Assembly: GCF_001194135.2 (NCBI RefSeq)
Contig: NC_068982.1
Location: 128,079,340 to 128,132,366, forward strand
From: Octopus bimaculoides
Lineage: Eukaryota
Direction: 5' to 3'
DNA: 53,027 nt
Shown: piece by piece, positions 1 through 12,715 of the stretch
Layout: the number at the start of each line of letters is the position of its first letter
Numbering within the stretch: position 1 is the first letter of the stretch
Program-made: the position numbers and the translations under genes
The notes under the pieces: model-generated
What the model saw: the letters and a program-made list of their open reading frames with translations, nothing else
Told to the model about the DNA's origin: nothing
The model's database searches: none

Positions 1-335
1 CCACCACCACGTTACTCTGGGTCGGGAGGGGACCTTACACCACCCACAAATCTGGTCGGTGGCTTTCAACAGGTTGTCCCGCAGAAATCTCCAATTGTCT
101 TCCACGTTGTATGATGCTATATCCCCTTCTATTTCGTTAAATGCTTCAAGTAACTTGTCTCTAAGTCTCTGTCCGTTTGCAGGGTCTTTAAGCTTCCACA
201 CCCTTCTCCTCCAAGCCTGTCTAATTCTGGGCACCCATTTTGCCTTGATCCCAAAGTCGCTAACTACTAATCTATGTTGTGGGGTACATTCTTCGCCAGG
301 GTAGGTTTTGGCATTTATAAGCCGCCCTCTTTCTC
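1..335 (-). mobile_element. RTE-clade LINE fragment (end of endonuclease / linker)
   Basis: Reverse strand reads LINAKTYPGEECTPQHRLVVSDFGIKAKW...WKLKDPANGQR...ICGWCKVPSRPRVTWWW; the WWW motif and layout fit RTE ORFs. Runs off the window start. Confidence 0.8.
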
Positions 336-830
336 TAGAATTGGAAAATTTCATAACTACAAGATAATGCATGATTAGTTCAAAACAATGTGAATAAGTA
401 TTATGTTTGACAGAGTAATCTAAATACTAAAGGGTTAATCATAGCTCTGCTGAGGCTAAAGGACAATTGTGCAGTACTGCACCTTGGGCCAAAGGCTTGT
501 GCTATTGCTCTGGTCCAGCCAATTCATTGTAAATGAAATTGGCTGACAGAAACTGAAAGAAGGCCATTGTAGGATATGTATTGTATGTGTGTTAGTATCT
601 TTGTCTGTGCATGCTGCTCAATAGAAGTAAATAAGTGTCACCATCATAGAAGCAGTGCCATTTGTTTCCAAAATGCCATGAAAATATGTCCAGCCACGTG
701 GGACTATTGCGTTGCTTGGAAACATGTGAATTGGGCAACAGGAACGGCATCTGACCATAGAAAACTTGCTTCAATAAACATCATCCGGCCCATGCAGACA
801 TGGACAAATGGGTGTTAAAACAACTGCAGT

Positions 831-880
831 TGTGATGATGATGATGATGATGATGGTGATGATGATGGTGATGGTGATGG

Positions 881-915
<35 letters not shown>

Positions 916-933
916 TTGCTGTTGTTGTTGTTG
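831..933. repeat. (GAT/GGT)n then (GTT)n microsatellite
   Basis: Directly visible trinucleotide array. Confidence 0.95.
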
Positions 934-1324
934 TAAGGAAATTTACCATCAGACTTTAGCTCGAGGTAAAATTTCAAAAGGTTTGGCAGTTAAAACAGAA
1001 AGTGTAAAATGAAGCATTATTTTGTTTCTGATTTGTTGAGTTGCCAACCAGTTTTTTATTAGGTTTTGAATAAATTGTGAAATTGTTACTGTCTGAATGT
1101 TTATGATGTTACTTTTATGATATTATGAAATCTGTGATTCTAAATAATGTTGTTGTCTTAGACAGCTCTGATGAAACCTTTCAGCAGAGTTCATTCTGCA
1201 TAGTGCATCTTCATCATTATCCAATGTATGTAAGTTGATGAATGGAGGATAGATGAAATGGGGAAATTTGGACTGGTGTTTCTAGCAAACCAAGTGTCCA
1301 CATAGAACTTTCAGTGTTCTTAAT

Positions 1325-1536
1325 ATTCTTTTACTTGTTTCAGTCATTGGACTACAGCCATGCTAGAGCACCACCTTGAAGGGTTTTAGTCGAACAAATC
1401 AACCCCAGGACTTACTTCTTAAGCCTGGTACTTATTCTATTGGTCTGTTTTGCCGAACTGCTAAGTTACAGGGATGTAAACATACCAACACTGGTTGTCA
1501 AGTGGTGATGGGGATGCAAACAGAGGCACAAACACA

Positions 1537-1579
<43 letters not shown>

Positions 1580-1727
1580 TGGGCTTCTTTCAGTCTCCAC
1601 CTACTAAATCCACTCACAAGGCTATAGTAGAAGACACTTGCCCAAAGTGTTCCCACAGTGGGATTGAACATGGAACTATGTGGTTTCTGAAGCAAGCTTT
1701 CTACCATACAGCTACATCTCCACCTAT
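1325..1727 (-). mobile_element. tRNA-derived SINE family A with internal (CA)n
   Basis: Reverse complement has GGTTCAATCCC B-box-like head, 'ttgggcaagtgtcttctactatagc' body and 'tgactgaaacaagtaaaa' tail; same family recurs near 3060-3350, 5302-5620, 7729-7900, 15300-15475, 22540-23105, 36642-36830, 37825-38190, 40387-40690, 41067-41225 and 51862-52215. Confidence 0.85.
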
Positions 1728-2069
1728 GTAATAATATTTCTTAAAAATTGAGTGTGTAATGGTGTATAGCAATGGCCTGGAATGTGTCTAGAATTCCTGG
1801 ATTTAAATAAAACTTTACCACAAAAGTTTTTTTACTTTTCATTTTATTTGTTTTTGTCTTGTTTTTTTGTCACAAACTTTCAAAATGAAATATTTCCAAT
1901 TTCAATTTTCATCACTTTAAAATTGATATTTGTAATCAAACAAAATCATTATATCTTTAAATTGTTTTAAAATTTGAATGTTTTCCATTTTGGTTTTACT
2001 ACTAAGTTTCGTTCATACTAATACTTGAACAAATAACAATGCTTCCTCATTTTTTTTGTTTGTTTGTAG

Positions 2070-2126
2070 AATGAAGGTTCCCAAGAGGATCATGAAGAGG
2101 TGGTTATTCCTGTTAGTGATACAGAG
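2070..2126 (+). CDS. ANKIB1: ANKIB1-like RBR E3 ligase, internal exon A (NEGSQEDHEEVVIPVSDTE), phase 0-0
   Basis: Pyrimidine tract plus TAG acceptor (2067-2069), GTAAGT donor at 2127; 57 nt, open frame, joins in frame to the next exon; acidic segment sits where ANKIB1 has an acidic linker before the 'GLRxQDL' motif. Sequence similarity itself is weak. Confidence 0.75.
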
Positions 2127-2354
2127 GTAAGTGATTAGCATTCTTAGTCACTGACGACCTCTTGGTTTTAGTGAAATAAAATGACTGGTAGTCAATTTGT
2201 CAGTCAATCCATTAGATTTGTCAGTCTTTTCGTCATCATCCATCACCTCATCAATCACTTTTTTTTCTTTTCTGATCTGTCAGTCCTAGCTGATTGATCG
2301 ATTGATTGAACAGTTAATCAAACAAATGATTAGTTAATTGGTTAAATACTAACA

Positions 2355-2580
2355 ATAATTCTTTCTCCTATAGACACAAGGCTTAAAATTTTGTTGGGAG
2401 GGGGCTAATTGATTATATCGACCCCAGTGCTCAACAGGTACTTATTTTATCGACCCCCAAATGGATGAAAGGCAAAGTCACTCTCAGTAGAATTTGAACT
2501 CAGAACAAAGAGAGACAAAATGCTGCAAAACATTTTGTCCAGTAGGCTACCGGTTCTGCCAGCTCGCCACCTTACAAGTT
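2355..2580 (-). mobile_element. SINE family B (core 'ttgcctttcatcctttcggggtcgataaa..gtaccag')
   Basis: Reverse-complement match to the clearer copy at 22690-22918; other copies near 4825-5010, 14985-15225, 22121-22340, 24595-24770, 30105-30325 and 49255-49395. Confidence 0.8.
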
Positions 2581-3384
2581 GACTAATAATAAAATAAGTG
2601 AAATAGAACGCGGGCACGTCTTTATTATTGGCACAATGACTCTTGAGACACAATAAAATCTGTTTCAACACATGAGTTCACATCAATAATCTTGCATGCC
2701 AAATACTACGAAAAATTGATTAGTCAGTCTAAATAAAGTTGACTATATTTCTACTTCACTAGAAATATTACTGTTTCTCATTAGTGTCTTATTCTCTGAT
2801 AATTAGTAACTCATTTACGAGCTGTAATAATTTTCATCAGAGAAAATAATAACTTTTGTCCTGCTTTGAAAAAAACCTTATGTTTTGCAAATTATCTTTC
2901 AAAGAATATGCCCAAATTAATCTTGAAAAGTTGACAAGCTCAAATTCAGCCAATTAAATTAAATTTGTTTTATACAAAGAACCTTAGTGTTTGAGCAAAG
3001 CAAATGTGATAGGCATAAATTGCTTATTAGACTTTTCAGTGTAAATAAATATCTTTTATCTTTTACTTGTTTCAGTCATTAGACTGCAGCCATGCCAGGA
3101 CATCACCTTCAAGAAGTTTAGTCAAACAAATCAATTCCAATGCTTATCGTTTCTTTTTTAAAGCTTGGCACTTATTTTGTCAGTCTCTTGCTGAACTGCT
3201 AAGTTACAAGGATGTAAACACAACACCAGTTTTCAAGTTGTGGGGGTGGAGGCAAACAGACACAAAAATACATACACACACAAACGCATACACATGCACA
3301 CACAGACACACATATATATATGCACACATACATATATACATGCATATCTATATATTGAGTAATCCCATAAATAATGCAGTTTTT

Positions 3385-4200
3385 TTATACTTCATTTATT
3401 TTTCAAAATTAAGATAAAGTTCTTTCTTAATCTTAAATATACTCTCCTGCATTTTCTACAATGCTCTTCCATCTATATGGTAGATTTGCAAGGCCCCTCT
3501 TCCAAAATTCACTTGTCCATGATGAAAAATACTCCTCCAGTATTGTTCTGACCTTGTCTACAGAATTCATGTTTTTCCCATCCAAATGATTTTGAAGACT
3601 GTGAATAAATGATAATCAGATGGGGCAATGTCTGACAAATATGGTAGGTGGGGCATCGTTTCCCATTCAAACTGCGCCAGCCTTTGGAATGTCATCCTTG
3701 CTGTATGTGGCCGAGCATTATCCTGATGGAAGAACACCTTTTGTCTTGAAACCAAAGATGGTCGTTTTTCTTCTAGCACTGACTTAAACCACTCAAAGTG
3801 CTCACAGTGGATCTCCTTTATTATTGTTCGGGTTGGGTTTAAAAGTTCAAAGTGGACTAAACCTTTCATATCCCACCAAACAGATAACAACACCATACAT
3901 GGGTGAAGAACTTCTTTAGCCTGGAGTACCAGTGTTTCTCCTTTCCCTACTCACTGTCTTCGATGCTTGACAGTTTTATAGAGAACCCATTTCTCATCAC
4001 CAGTAACTATTCAAGCCCAAAAAGGTTCATTCGTGAAAAGTGACAACATAGAAGAGCACACATTCACTCTATGCATGCGATTAGACTCAGAAAGTTTGTG
4101 AGGAACCCACTGACCCAATTTGCTGACTTTTCCGATGGTACACAGATGTCAATGAATAGTTGAATGACCAAATCCAAGCTTCTCTCACTGCTTGACAACT
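3385..4200 (-). mobile_element. Decayed mariner (DD34D) transposon
   Basis: Reverse translation gives WVPHKL, IVTGDEKWVLY, MVLLSVWWDMKG, FHQDNARPH and PYLSDIAPSDYHLF (degenerate YSPDLAPSDY) with stops. Confidence 0.92.
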
Positions 4201-5604
4201 GGTATTGTTTTGTATTCCCATGACTTAGTAGTTTTGCAAAAGAGATCCTTAGAATGAGTGCCAGACTTACAGAATAAAAGGACTGTGTTTGATTGGTTTG
4301 ACTAAATGCTTTAAACTTTTAGCATTTAAACTGGCTAGATCTGGCCTCTTGCAGCAACCCTATAATATTATTCTAAAAATATACTATCACATAAGTTTGA
4401 GGTGGTGCTCCAGCATGAGTGCAGTTCAGTAAAGGAAACAAGAATAAAAAATATATATAATCTTAGTAATTTAGAAGCATATATAAATTTTAGAGGTATA
4501 TTTTGATTTTCTTGATCGAAAATAATACTTTCTTAGTTATTGATTTAACTCTACAATACCTCTTAACACATTTTATAGTTTGTAAAAGCTGTTTCTCTTC
4601 AGTATTCAGTATTTTTGCTTTTTTTAAATTACTTCAAAAAATAAATCCAGTTGAATATTTGATAAATTGGAAATATCAGACTACTTTACATCTTGAAAAA
4701 TAATATTTTGCTAACTATTGAAATTGCTTTAAAAGAAAAGTACTATTTTAAAATTTGAAGTCTGCATAAGAAATACATTTCTTTTTTTTTTTTTTTTTTT
4801 TTTTTTTTCTTTTTTTGACATTAAGGTGACAAGCTGGCAGAATTATTAACATGCCAGGCAAAATGCTTTGTGGCATTATGTTTGAAATTCCAATGCCACC
4901 AAGCTCAACTTTGCCTTTCATCCTTTTGGGTTCATAAAATAAGTACCAGTCAACTTACCCCCTCCCCTGAAATTGCTGGTCTTGTGCCAGAAGATTGAAA
5001 CCAATATTTTGGGGACATTGCTCACATAATTCTTGGGTTCTCTAATCAAAAGTTTGTGCTGATGAGAAAGAATAATGTGGCTAAAGTGGATTTTGAAAAG
5101 TTGAAGATTAGTATATCACAGGACCATGTGAAAAAATTTCCAAGGTACAAATTAAAATTAAAGGGGAAAAAATGGATAAGGAAACTTGAATTTAACAGTG
5201 CTGACATGTTAAGAATCAAATATAGATCATAAAGGATATGGTAAAAATCAATATATTCAAAGAAGGGCATTGAAAGAAAATCAACTTATTACCAAAGGTG
5301 TAGGCATGGTTTTGTGGTTAAGGAGCTCACTTTGCAACCAGGGCAAGGGTCTTCTACTCTAGCAAATTTGGTAGATGGAATCTGTGTAGAAACCTGCCTT
5401 GTGTGTTTGTCTTTGTAATTATGTTTGTTTCCACTACTACTTGAGAACTGGTGTTGGTTTGATTATATTCCCGATAATTTAGCAGTTCAGCAAAAGAGAT
5501 TGATAAAATAAATACCTAACTTGAGAAATAAGTTCTGGGGTTAGTTTGTTTGATTAAACGCTTCAAAGCAGTGCCCCAGCATGACCGCAGCGTCATGGCT
5601 GGAA

Positions 5605-5822
5605 CATGTAAAAAGTAAAAGATATAGAAGATGTAAAAAACATGTAAAAAGTAAAAGATATAGAAGTTGTAAAAGTAAAAATAAAAGATATAGAAGATGT
5701 AAAAGTAAAAGATATAGAAGATGTAAAAGTAAAAATAAAAGATATAGAAGATGTAAAAGTAAAAGATATAGAAGATATAAAAGTAAAAGATATAGAAGAT
5801 GTAAAAAGTAAAAGATATAGAT
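5605..5822. repeat. Purine-rich minisatellite (GTAAAAGATATAGAAGAT variants)
   Basis: About eight imperfect tandem units directly after a family A SINE 3' end. Confidence 0.9.
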
Positions 5823-6895
5823 GATGCTGAATCCAAAATGTTTCTTGTTTTATGTACTTTCTGTGAAGCCTTGTGAGAGTTTTTCCAATTTCTTACAACA
5901 ATTAAAATCTTTTGGGGATAGGTTATCTTACATGAAAATAATTAGCAACTAGCATATAAAGAAAAAAATATATAATGATCAGAAAATACTTGTTGGTTGT
6001 TTGTTGTTCATTTAACTATGTAGATAACCTTCATCCCTTCCTTTTGTGAGAATTACAGAATTCCTTGTACTACTATCAGAGCCAACAATTCATTGTTGTA
6101 TATTCTTTGCAATTGATTCATTATCATATAAATTTTCCCTTTGATGAGGAACTATTCTTTCGTAGTGTTAGATAAAATGTGGCAGGTAAATTGATTCTTA
6201 ACTTCATATCTTGTTACCCAGTGTGTGTTCTAGCAATTTAGTTTATTATTAAGGTATTATATGCAAGATCAAAGAGAGCATTTATATAGTTTTATAAACC
6301 CAGATCATTAGTGATGGATTAATGTTGAGTCTTTAGTTTGGACAGTGGCTATATAATAAATTCCTTTTCATTCAGTATATGTAACTAAGGAAAAATCTAA
6401 CACATTATGTCTTTAAGCTGTATGAATATAGTTGTGCTGGATTACTGCATTGTAGAGAAACAAACTGGATTAGTATCTTAATAAAAATGCTGACTAGAGA
6501 AAACTGCTCAAGTTATCAGATAATTTTACTTCTCTTTCGAAGAACACAGGGAATGTAGAATAATGCACTCCAAGTAGTTTATGTATTGGTGATGATTCAT
6601 ACAGAAATATAAAACTAATTTGCAACAGTTTCCAATGAATATCATGTATGTAGGAGTGATGAAGGATTGGTGGAAGAGCAGACAACAGTTAATTAAATCC
6701 TCCTTTCGCACACACAGCTACCTTGACTGATTGCATTTTCTTGTGTTCTGACAGCTTATATAGATTTCTCAACTTGTTAAGTATGATTGCACATTATTAA
6801 GTAAACCGAAGTTCTTTGAATGAAATATTACAGTGTAGTTTTTAATGAATTTCTCTATGAAAGAATTTTTTGATATTATTTACAGAACTGACATT

Positions 6896-6926
<31 letters not shown>

Positions 6927-6951
6927 TTATTTACATATATATATCATCATC

Positions 6952-7182
6952 ATCATCATCATCATCGTTTAACGTCCGCTTTCCATGCTAGCATGGGTTG
7001 GACAATTTGACTGAGGACTGGTGAAACCGGATGGCAACACCAGGCTCCAATCTAATTTGGCAGAGTTTCTACAGCTGGATGCCCTTCCTAATGCCAACCA
7101 CTCCGAGAGTGTAGTGGGTGCTTTTACGTGTCACCTGCACGAGGGCTAGTCAGGCGGTACTGGCAACGGCCACGCTCAAAAT
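6952..7182 (-). mobile_element. RTE LINE 3' UTR with (GAT)n tail
   Basis: 'catcatcatcgtttaacgtccgctttccatgctagcatggg...ggatgcccttcctaatgccaaccactc' unit; the same unit is contiguous with RTE ORF sequence at 11970-12715. Confidence 0.8.
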
Positions 7183-8850
7183 GAGACAGATAGATATAGT
7201 TAGACACAGATATATTTATATATATTTACATACTACATATATATTTATTTTATTTACATATATACTTTACATCTTATTTACAGAATTGGTGTTTAATATT
7301 AGTTTTTGTTGATTATTAAAAAAATACAGTAGCATCTCAAAATTTAAACCCAAAGATTAGAGAGACAAAATTTATTGCTAAAATGTATCTGTTTTGTATA
7401 AACATTGAAAAAAAAAATCATTCTAGAATTTCTGCTAATTGATTTTCTACTTTTTTTAATTTTAGTTCCTCTGGAAAGCAAATGACACATGATTGATTAT
7501 TAGATTAAGTAATCAAAATAAAATTAAAATTTTTTTCAGTCTTAAATTTCAAATTACTTCATGTTAGATTCTTTTTATAAAAATCTCTGTAATAAAAGTA
7601 AGTTAGGATAATGTTAGTGTGCATTCATTAGAGGAAAAGGAAATTCTTGTTGTTTTAGAGACGCCTTTTCTTTAGAGATACAAAGATATGTTTAAGTGAA
7701 CTCATTACTCTTTTATAGATCTAGGTACAGGCGAAGTTGTGTAGTTAAGAAGTTTGCTTATCAACCACATGGTTTAGAGTTCAGTCCCATTGCATGGCAC
7801 CTTGGGCAAGTGTCAATTTTTTTTCTAGATGAAAACTGAAAGAAGACTGTTGTACATGAGTGTGTGTGTGTGTGTGTATTGTATGTGTGTGTTTGTTTCT
7901 CTCTGTCTCCACATAGCATGGTAGTTGATAATGAATGTCATTATCACACAAGTGGTATCCTTCATTTTTGAATCTTTCATGAAAACATGTCCAGTCTTGG
8001 GGAGATATTATCTTGCTTGAAAACAAGTGAGTGTTGACAACCAGAAGGGCGTCCACCTGTAAAACATCTGCCTCAACAAATTCCATCTGATCCATGCAAA
8101 CATTGAAAAGTGGACATTAAAGCAGTGATGATGATGATGGTGGTGTGGAGATCTACTAATTTCCTTTATCACACATGTGTACACATATACATGTGCACAT
8201 TCATTCTGCCTTAAAAATTACAAGTCTTGATGTTATACTAACATTATCCATGCAATTAAGTTCAATGAATAGATTTTAACAACACAGTACAGCTATATTT
8301 ATTGTTTTAAACTCTCATCATTAGAGTTAATATACAATATTGACTAGTATACAGTATTTTTCAAGCCTGACTAATCCTAACTAGCAAAGCAGCCCAATTG
8401 CTTGGTGAAGAAACACCAACTCACATCATGCAGACTTGTCATGTTAATTGCTCTGATGAGTTTCTGCTTCTATGAACCATTTATATTACTATTTTCTATC
8501 ACTATTATTAATCTGTAAGAACTCATCAGACCTAACCAAGTAGTTGTGATGTATTAGAAAATTATTTCACTGCATAAATGTTTACATTAGAAGTAAATAT
8601 AAACAGAGTTATTGGATTATTATAAACTCTGAATATGTATAATCTGCATAGAACAGCATTTTATTTTTAATTGATTTCTTAGTCCCTTGTGCTTAGAATT
8701 CAACTTCAGATAGATTTTGATATCATTCAAATGCTGAAAGAAATTCATTATAATCTATTTTATATTTATACCTTTTGCTGTTTTTCTGTGTGTTACTTTC
8801 ATTCTAAAGAATGCAGTGCGGCTAAATGGTTATGATGTTCCAAGTTCCAT

Positions 8851-9050
8851 TATCATCATCATCGTTTAATGTCCGCTTTCTATGCTAGCATGGGTTGGAC
8901 AATTTGATTGAGGACTGGCGAACCAGATGGCTGCACCAGGCTCCAATCTGATCTGGCAGAGTTTCTACAGCTGGATGCCCTTCCTAACGCCAACCACTCT
9001 GAGAGTGTTGTGGGTGCTTTTACATGCCGCCAGCACGGCGACACTGGTGC
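8851..9050 (-). mobile_element. RTE LINE 3' UTR copy
   Basis: Same unit as 6952-7182. Confidence 0.85.
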
Positions 9051-9381
9051 ATTGTAATTGGGGCAGTCGTCTTTTACCATATCCTTTGGCAACCTAAGCC
9101 TTGTGAGTTAAACTGGTTAGATGGAAACTGTGCAGAAGCCTGTCAAATGGACTGTCCCTGTAATGTAAAGGGCTTGCCTAGTCACACACTGGGCCATGTT
9201 GATTTCCTCTGAGGTTTATGTTAAGGGTGCACAATTCTATGGAATACTCAACTACATACATTTTAATTCCATGAGCTGGTAATTCAGTTCATTGAAAAAC
9301 TGAATAATTGTCATCTAAACTGATGGAAATCAATCTGCTTTTTTTTTTTTTCTTTAATAATTCTCTGCTATTTGTTTACAG

Positions 9382-9499
9382 GAATATAGTGGTCTCCGTA
9401 CTCAAGACTTACAAGAAGTAAAAGATCAGCTGCTAGTTGAGACAGCTGATATGTTGAGTGTCCCACTCTTTACTGCTGAAGCTCTCCTTAGAAACCATG
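9382..9499 (+). CDS. ANKIB1: ANKIB1-like exon B ([39 protein letters not shown]), phase 0-1
   Basis: tttgtttacag acceptor, GTAAGT donor at 9500; translation closely matches the ANKIB1 motif as I recall it ([36 protein letters not shown]). Confidence 0.95.
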
Positions 9500-9939
9500 G
9501 TAAGTTCACGCTTTCTTTTTTCTTTTTTTGGTGCTGGTGGTGGTGGGGACATTTTATTTTTTTGTTACTACTTATATTTTTTTTTTCATCTCTTGTTTAA
9601 ATCATGAAAGAAAATAATTTCTTTAAGACAGTCTAGAAGTAGCTACTCAATTGTACACAGAAAAAAATAGTCATGTATTCGTCGCAAAGTACACTGGACT
9701 CTAGGAGCTGCACTAATGTTAAGCACGTACATCATCCAATCTCACAATTCAAGTAGCTTTGTACTATTCTAGTGGCATGCTTTATGTTCTATTTTTCCTT
9801 ACATGCATTCAGAAGGATTCCAGAATTGCTGATTTTACAAACAGTGAACAAAATAGGTGCTTATATCTACTGTTTAATTTTTTTAATTCTTTTGTAGTCA
9901 CTAGACTTTCATAAAAGAAACATCTACATATCTATGAAT

Positions 9940-9944
<5 letters not shown>

Positions 9945-10027
<83 letters not shown>
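9945..10027. repeat. (TA)n then (CA)n microsatellite
   Basis: Directly visible. Confidence 0.95.
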
Positions 10028-10028
<1 letters not shown>

Positions 10029-10346
10029 CAATGTTTCTTTGAGTTATACACACTGAACAATTCTTAGAGAGGTGTTTTTACTATTACTGCTATGAACACA
10101 AAATGTTAAGTTGAGACTGAATAGCTAAAACAAAGATTTTTACATAAATTATCTTGGTAGAGAATAGTAATAGACTGGAGAATAAATGGTAGGATTAATT
10201 TAATATAATAACTTTGTCAAAATACATTGAAGTGAATATATAGTCACTTATTGATTTAAATAGATACATTACACATGCACGCACAAAACATAGCTATATA
10301 TCTTACTCTCTGATTCTCTTGTTTTCTCTCTTATATGTATAAGTGT

Positions 10347-10379
<33 letters not shown>

Positions 10380-10426
10380 TGTATGTGTATTGTTTACATG
10401 TAAGTATGTATGCCTGTATTATCTAT

Positions 10427-10803
10427 AATGAGGCCAGGGCTGCCTCTGCGTGATCGTTACCAGCGTCGCCTTACTGGCACTTGTGCCAGTGGCACGTGAA
10501 AAATACATTTGAGCGAAGGCTGCTGCCAGTGCCGTTGGACTGGCTCCTGTGCAGGTGGCACATAAAAAATACCATTTTGAGCGTGGCCATTGCCAGTACC
10601 GCGTGACCGGCCCTCGTGCCGGTGGCACGTAAAAGCTCCCACTACGCTCTCAGAGTGGTTGGCGTTAGGGAGGGCATCCAGCTGTAGAAACTCTGCCAGA
10701 TCAGATTGGAGCCTGGTGCAGCCATCTGGTTTATCAGTCCTCAGTCAAATCATCCAACCCATGCTAGCATGGAAAGCGGACATTAAACGATGATGATGAT
10801 GAT
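10427..10803 (+). mobile_element. RTE LINE 3' UTR copy, opposite orientation
   Basis: Ends 'gcggacattaaacgatgatgatgat'; reverse complement of the 8851-9050 unit plus further upstream UTR. Confidence 0.88.
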
Positions 10804-11969
10804 ATCAAAGGATCAAAGGTCTTTCCCAAGCCGAAGGTTCATAAGGCCACTTTCCTAAATAAGTAAGGTCAGTTTCCTATATACTGTAGTGTATAGCATG
10901 TATCCCCATCTGGATGGGGACACCAGTCTGTTGCAGGATTGATCTCATTTGCCAGCTGAATTGACTGTAGCAATGTGAAATGAAAGGTTTTGCTCAAGAA
11001 CACAATACACCACCCATTCTAGGTATTGAAACCACAATGGTATGTACATGAGTGCCACATCTGAACCACTAAGCCATGCACCTACACACAAACACACACA
11101 CATGGACTGATAGAGAGAGAAAGAGAGAGAGTGTGTATATATATATATATGTGTGTACAAACAAACAAGCTCAACAGGGGGAAAGATATATTGTTAATCC
11201 TCCTTATTATATATGAGATTTATGAGCCAGTTTGTTCATATTTTATTTCTTATTGTATGTTTGATTTTTCTTTTAGTGATTTTTTCCTCAGTAAGAGACT
11301 TACATTGCAATCTTGAAATATTGTTTGTAGATTCTCATTTCCCCCTTTTGTGAATTACTCATAAAGATTAATTAAAGTGAACTCTGATGAATTCAAATGT
11401 CTATATCTATCTATCTATCTGTGTATATATATATATATATATATATTCACATATATATATATACACACACATATATATACATGTATATACATACCTATAC
11501 AAATATATATGTATATANNNNNNNNNNNNNNNNNNNNNNNNNNNNNNNNNNNNNNNNNNNNNNNNNNNNNNNNNNNNNNNNNNNNNNNNNNNNNNNNNNN
11601 NNNNNNNNNNNNNNNNNNNNNNNNNNNNNNNNNNNNNNNNNNNNNNNNNNNNNNATATATAAATACAGTGTGCATTTAAACACATAATGTAGAGTGAGAA
11701 ACCATGGTCCAGGAGATAGATTGTAAATGTTTTTATTTTTCTTTCTCTTCAAAATTTATCCTTAATAATGGTTTGGATTTTGGCTATTCCTTCTAGCGTG
11801 CCAGGTATCCTAAGAAGGATACCTCTTATGTGTTTAAATGTACATTGTATTTATATGAATAATATATAGTCTATTTGTCTAATTTCTCTACATGCTAGGC
11901 CAATGGTAGTAAAATATTTCTAAAATTTTTTCTTACCCTGATATTAATAATAAATATATATATATACAT

Positions 11970-12715
11970 ATCATCATCATCATTTAATGTCTGCTTTCCA
12001 TGCTGGCATGGGTTGGTGGTTTGACTAGCAAGCTAGGAGGCTGCACCAGTCTCCAATCTGATCTGGCAAGATTTCTACAGCTGGATGCCCTTCCTAATGC
12101 CAACCACTCCAAGAGTGTAGTGGGTGCATTTTATGTGCCACCAGCACAGGTACCAGTCAGGCGGCACTGGCATTGGCCACACTCGAATGGTGCATTTTAC
12201 GCGCCACCAACATGGATGCTAGTCAGGTGACACTGGCATTGGCCACAACTTCAGTTTCACTTCACTCAACAAGTCTTCTCAAGTACAGCAGATTGCCTGA
12301 CAGTTGAAGGGTACTTTTAAATGGGCCGGTTATATGACACTGGCATTGGCTATGGCTATGATCCCACTTGCTTGCCAGGTCTTCTCAAGCACAGCATATC
12401 TCCAAAAGTCGCTTTTAATTGCCTCTGTGAGGCCCAACATTCAAAGGTTGTGCTTAGGTCAAGAGGGGACTTTGCACCAGCCACAAATCTGGTTAGTCGC
12501 CCTCAACAGGTTGTCCAGTTGGAACCCCCAGTTCTCCTCCACATTATGTGATGCTATATCCTCCTCTTTTTCATCAAAAGCTTCAAGTAATACGTCTCTA
12601 AATCTCTGTCCATTCAGAGGATCCTTAAGCTTCCAGACCTTCCTCCTCCATGCTGGTCATCTTCTGGGCAGTCATTTAGCCCTGATCCTGAAGTCGCTAA
12701 CTACTAACCTATGAT
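11970..12715 (-). mobile_element. Internally deleted RTE LINE (post-endonuclease linker fused to ORF C-terminus, 3' UTR and GAT tail)
   Basis: Reverse strand: HRLVVSDFRIRAK...WKLKDPLNGQRFRDVLLEAF... then an abrupt switch near 12458 to ...LGLTEAIKSDFWRYAVLEKTWQA, followed by the 3' UTR unit. Confidence 0.85.

Noticed and set aside
1166-1200. CTGATGA hammerhead-like start
   Set aside because: No GAAA-stem III-NUH downstream.
1162-1225. Possible extra ANKIB1 exon (ttag acceptor, gtatgt/gtaagt donors)
   Set aside because: Two frames have stops; the open frame shows no resemblance to ankyrin-repeat or ANKIB1 linker sequence.
5516-5836. ORFs of 76-106 aa (K/R-rich or F/Y/I-rich)
   Set aside because: Translations of the minisatellite.
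8453-8530. CTGATGAG with an 11-bp inverted partner
   Set aside because: No GAAAC/NUH; short inverted repeat expected by chance in this composition.
12304-12714. 136-aa + strand ORF; also 59-304
   Set aside because: Antisense to RTE coding sequence.
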